DNA of 36,611 bases, taken from positions 1 through 36,611 of the forward strand of contig QMOL01000001.1 in assembly GCA_003648225.1 (NCBI GenBank), read 5' to 3'. The translations under genes were made by a program, and so were the position numbers. The notes below the pieces were generated by a model. That model saw nothing but the letters and a program-made list of their open reading frames with translations. It did not search any database and had not been told where the DNA came from. Positions 34,999-36,611 of the stretch are shown in pieces. Origin of the DNA: Chlamydiota bacterium (GTDB taxonomy: Bacteria; Auribacterota; UBA3054; B51-G9). The stretch's first letter is position 1; the number at the start of each line of letters is the position of its first letter.

Positions 34999-35213
34999 CG
35001 GCGAACGTTTATGTTCGCGAACTTACAAACGTTACTTTTCACACAATTAAATGTTTTCCCTGTTCGCGCAGCGGGTCGAAGATGCGCTTTGGAATAAGCT
35101 AAGCGTAACGTCTTTTTTGTTTTTCGAATATTATGCATTCTGCAGTCGCCCTCGCTGAGGTAGGAATTAATTCCGCCTATACGGATCTTCGACCGCAGCC
35201 GATGGCAGCGGCT
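34999..35213. ncRNA. candidate structured non-coding element (sRNA or protein-binding region; strand and class unknown)
   Basis: GC-rich island between a terminator and a promoter. A 12-bp long-range stem pairs GCGGGTCGAAGAT 35071-35083 with ATCTTCGACCGC 35185-35196 (one bulge). It encloses hairpins at 35084-35106 and 35159-35177. A 3' hairpin is AGCCG/CGGCT at 35197-35213. Upstream is the inverted repeat GCGAAC-N6-GTTCGC at 35001-35018. Confidence 0.35.
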
Positions 35214-35280
35214 ACAATATATTTCCATATTTTAATCAACGTTTCTTAGTCGGATTATAAAAACCGGGTGTCTATATATA

Positions 35281-35309
35281 TTGACACAAATTATAAATAA
35301 TAGTACAAT
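35281..35309 (+). promoter_or_regulatory. near-consensus sigma-70 promoter for the repeat-protein gene
   Basis: TTGACA (35281-35286), a 17-nt spacer, then TACAAT (35304-35309), about 43 nt upstream of the ATG at 35352. Confidence 0.65.
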
Positions 35310-35351
35310 AAGTTAGTAAAGTTTAATTTTTAACATCTATCATTTGCTATC

Positions 35352-36611
35352 ATGAAAACTAAATTTTTTATAAAAATATTTGTCACTTTTACATTCCTCT
35401 TTTCTTTATCAACTTTCGCCGGAGAATCCGCCCTCTGGATTGCTCCAAGCGAAGACATTGTTGGTACCGGAAAAGTTGAATGCTCTAACGGAATTAATGA
35501 CTGGCATATTAGAATTAAAAGCGACAAACTTAATTCCGTTAATCCGGCTGCTTGGCGCATAAGCGGAGGACTCTGGTATTCAATGGTGGATATCGGTCAA
35601 TGGCGCACTCCATATGACGCTGCATTTAACTGGTCAAACCCCCTTTTAAAAGTTAAAAAATCCGGTGGAACTGCTGATTTATTTTTTGACCCTCTATTAG
35701 CCTGGCCGGGAAATGTTTTTAAAGTTGAAGCTATTCTTAATGTTAATAATGTTTTGACCTGGTATGTTATCAGCAATGGTGAAGGTTGGAAGCCGGGCGC
35801 AGTATGGCGGGGACAAAGCGGTTATGACAAACTTGGAAGAAAAAACAAAGAAGCTGACGGAATCCGCGACTGGGAAATAGAAATCAAAAGCCCCTTCCTT
35901 GATGACTCTCCGGCGAGAGTAGATGTTTGGATACCTTATAAACCTATCGGTTCACGGCTTACTCGCTCGGGATGCTTCGATGAATGGAGCTCCGAAAAAA
36001 CTGTTCAGAGGAGAAAAGCGATGCCGGCTGATTTTAACTGGTCAGCTGAAAAAATGACCATATTTATTAACCCTGTTCTCGCTTGCGGCGGTGACCAATT
36101 TATTGTGCGCGCCGTTATGAAAGATGGCAGTTGGGCTCACTGGAAAGTTATTGGTTTAGGAAGTAACTGGCAACCGGGCGGTGAATGGTTTGGGCAGGAT
36201 AATCAGGATTTTGTCGGCGCAAACAGTTCAAAACCAAATGGCGTTTCCGACTGGCACCTTCAAGTTGAATCGCCCGATTTAAATTCACCTGTAAGATGGA
36301 TGGTTAAAGGAGCGAAATCTGTATATGAGTATGCCGCCAACGGACAAAAACTTTTAGACTCCGGAAATCATCCTCTACATGTTAATTCAGCCGGCACAAA
36401 AGCGGATTTGTTTTTCGAGCCGGTAATGGAACGCGCCGGGGATATTTTTTATGTTTCTGCCGTGCTTGCTGACGGCACTTTGCTTAATTGGGGCGTTACA
36501 AGCACACGCCAATTGAGAAGTAAAGAAGTAAAATGGCTTGGCCAGGTTCCCAACGTTCAAAAAGATGTGGTGTTTAATAAAACTACTAATTCTGTTAATC
36601 AATGGGGCATA
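35352..36611 (+). CDS. exported protein built from repeats of about 125 aa (partial, runs off the window end)
   Basis: Not in the ORF track because no stop is reached. My own translation of the frame from ATG 35352 stays open to 36611. It starts with signal peptide MKTKFFIKIFVTFTFLFSLSTFA. At least three full repeats carry G(I/V)xDW(H/E)(I/L)x(I/V)(K/E)SxxL and ADLFF(D/E)P-type motifs. Confidence 0.7.
   Translation, partial: MKTKFFIKIFVTFTFLFSLSTFAGESALWIAPSEDIVGTGKVECSNGINDWHIRIKSDKLNSVNPAAWRISGGLWYSMVDIGQWRTPYDAAFNWSNPLLKVKKSGGTADLFFDPLLAWPGNVFKVEAILNVNNVLTWYVISNGEGWKPGAVWRGQSGYDKLGRKNKEADGIRDWEIEIKSPFLDDSPARVDVWIPYKPIGSRLTRSGCFDEWSSEKTVQRRKAMPADFNWSAEKMTIFINPVLACGGDQFIVRAVMKDGSWAHWKVIGLGSNWQPGGEWFGQDNQDFVGANSSKPNGVSDWHLQVESPDLNSPVRWMVKGAKSVYEYAANGQKLLDSGNHPLHVNSAGTKADLFFEPVMERAGDIFYVSAVLADGTLLNWGVTSTRQLRSKEVKWLGQVPNVQKDVVFNKTTNSVNQWGI

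Noticed and set aside
35183-35196. GGATCTTCGACC resembles the GGAUUCGAC box near the 5' end of tmRNA; a nearby minus-strand stretch ACGCTTAGCTTA resembles a tag-coding end
   Set aside because: There is no GGGG 5' end, no tRNA-like T-arm/acceptor/CCA 3' end, and no credible alanine-resume tag reading frame. The element is far shorter than tmRNA.
34971-35228. 85-aa minus-strand ORF (MEIYCSRCHRLRSKIRIGG...) covering the GC-rich island
   Set aside because: It has no SD, an extremely basic Cys-rich composition, and spans the inverted repeats. It also runs right up to the pfp terminator (its stop codon at 34971-34973 overlaps the T-tract by 2 nt). It is more likely a by-product of the structured non-coding sequence.
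1-36611. Search for mobile elements, defence systems, toxin-antitoxin pairs, tRNA/rRNA genes and prophage remnants
   Set aside because: No transposase, integrase, recombinase, reverse transcriptase, Cas, restriction/methylase, nuclease-NTPase or phage-like ORFs were recognisable in the translations. No T-arm-like GGTTCGAATCC motifs or cloverleaf candidates appear in the spacers. The window looks like core chromosome.

Overview
AT-rich, densely packed bacterial chromosomal window with 33 protein-coding genes on both strands, two of them truncated by the window edges. All calls come from reading motifs in the supplied translations and the DNA; no database search was run. Most genes are housekeeping: frr, thrC, guaB, purD, lipA, alr, a 3-methyladenine glycosylase, a PPi-dependent phosphofructokinase and a thioredoxin-TPR co-chaperone. 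The rest is an exported or envelope set: a Tat-signal sulfatase, a 1084-aa GH43 multidomain hydrolase, a beta-propeller/phosphoesterase lipoprotein, a PEP-CTERM protein, a TlpA-like thiol-disulfide oxidoreductase, FloA flotillin, CreD, and an ECF sigma/anti-sigma module. That mix resembles a polysaccharide-degrading PVC-type organism, but the lineage guess is low confidence. I found no rRNA, tRNA, CRISPR array, transposase, integrase, reverse transcriptase or recognisable defence genes. The parts not explained by ordinary annotation are: (1) a GC-rich three-stem RNA-like element at 8240-8370, just upstream of a lipoprotein-CreD-split-permease operon; (2) a second GC-rich structured island at 34999-35213, between the pfp terminator and a near-consensus promoter; (3) an ECF sigma operon that ends in two exported Lys-rich paralogues sharing a 21-aa motif; (4) short tandem repeats of 7-10 nt that sit directly in front of several start codons lacking Shine-Dalgarno sequences, including a 9-nt x 10 array before lipA; (5) an unusually long 716-bp non-coding gap at 16694-17409 full of local duplications; (6) an exported protein at the 3' edge built from repeats of about 125 aa, which the ORF track omits because it runs off the window. 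None of these can be assigned to a known family from sequence alone. All are hypotheses that need covariation and transcriptome checks.
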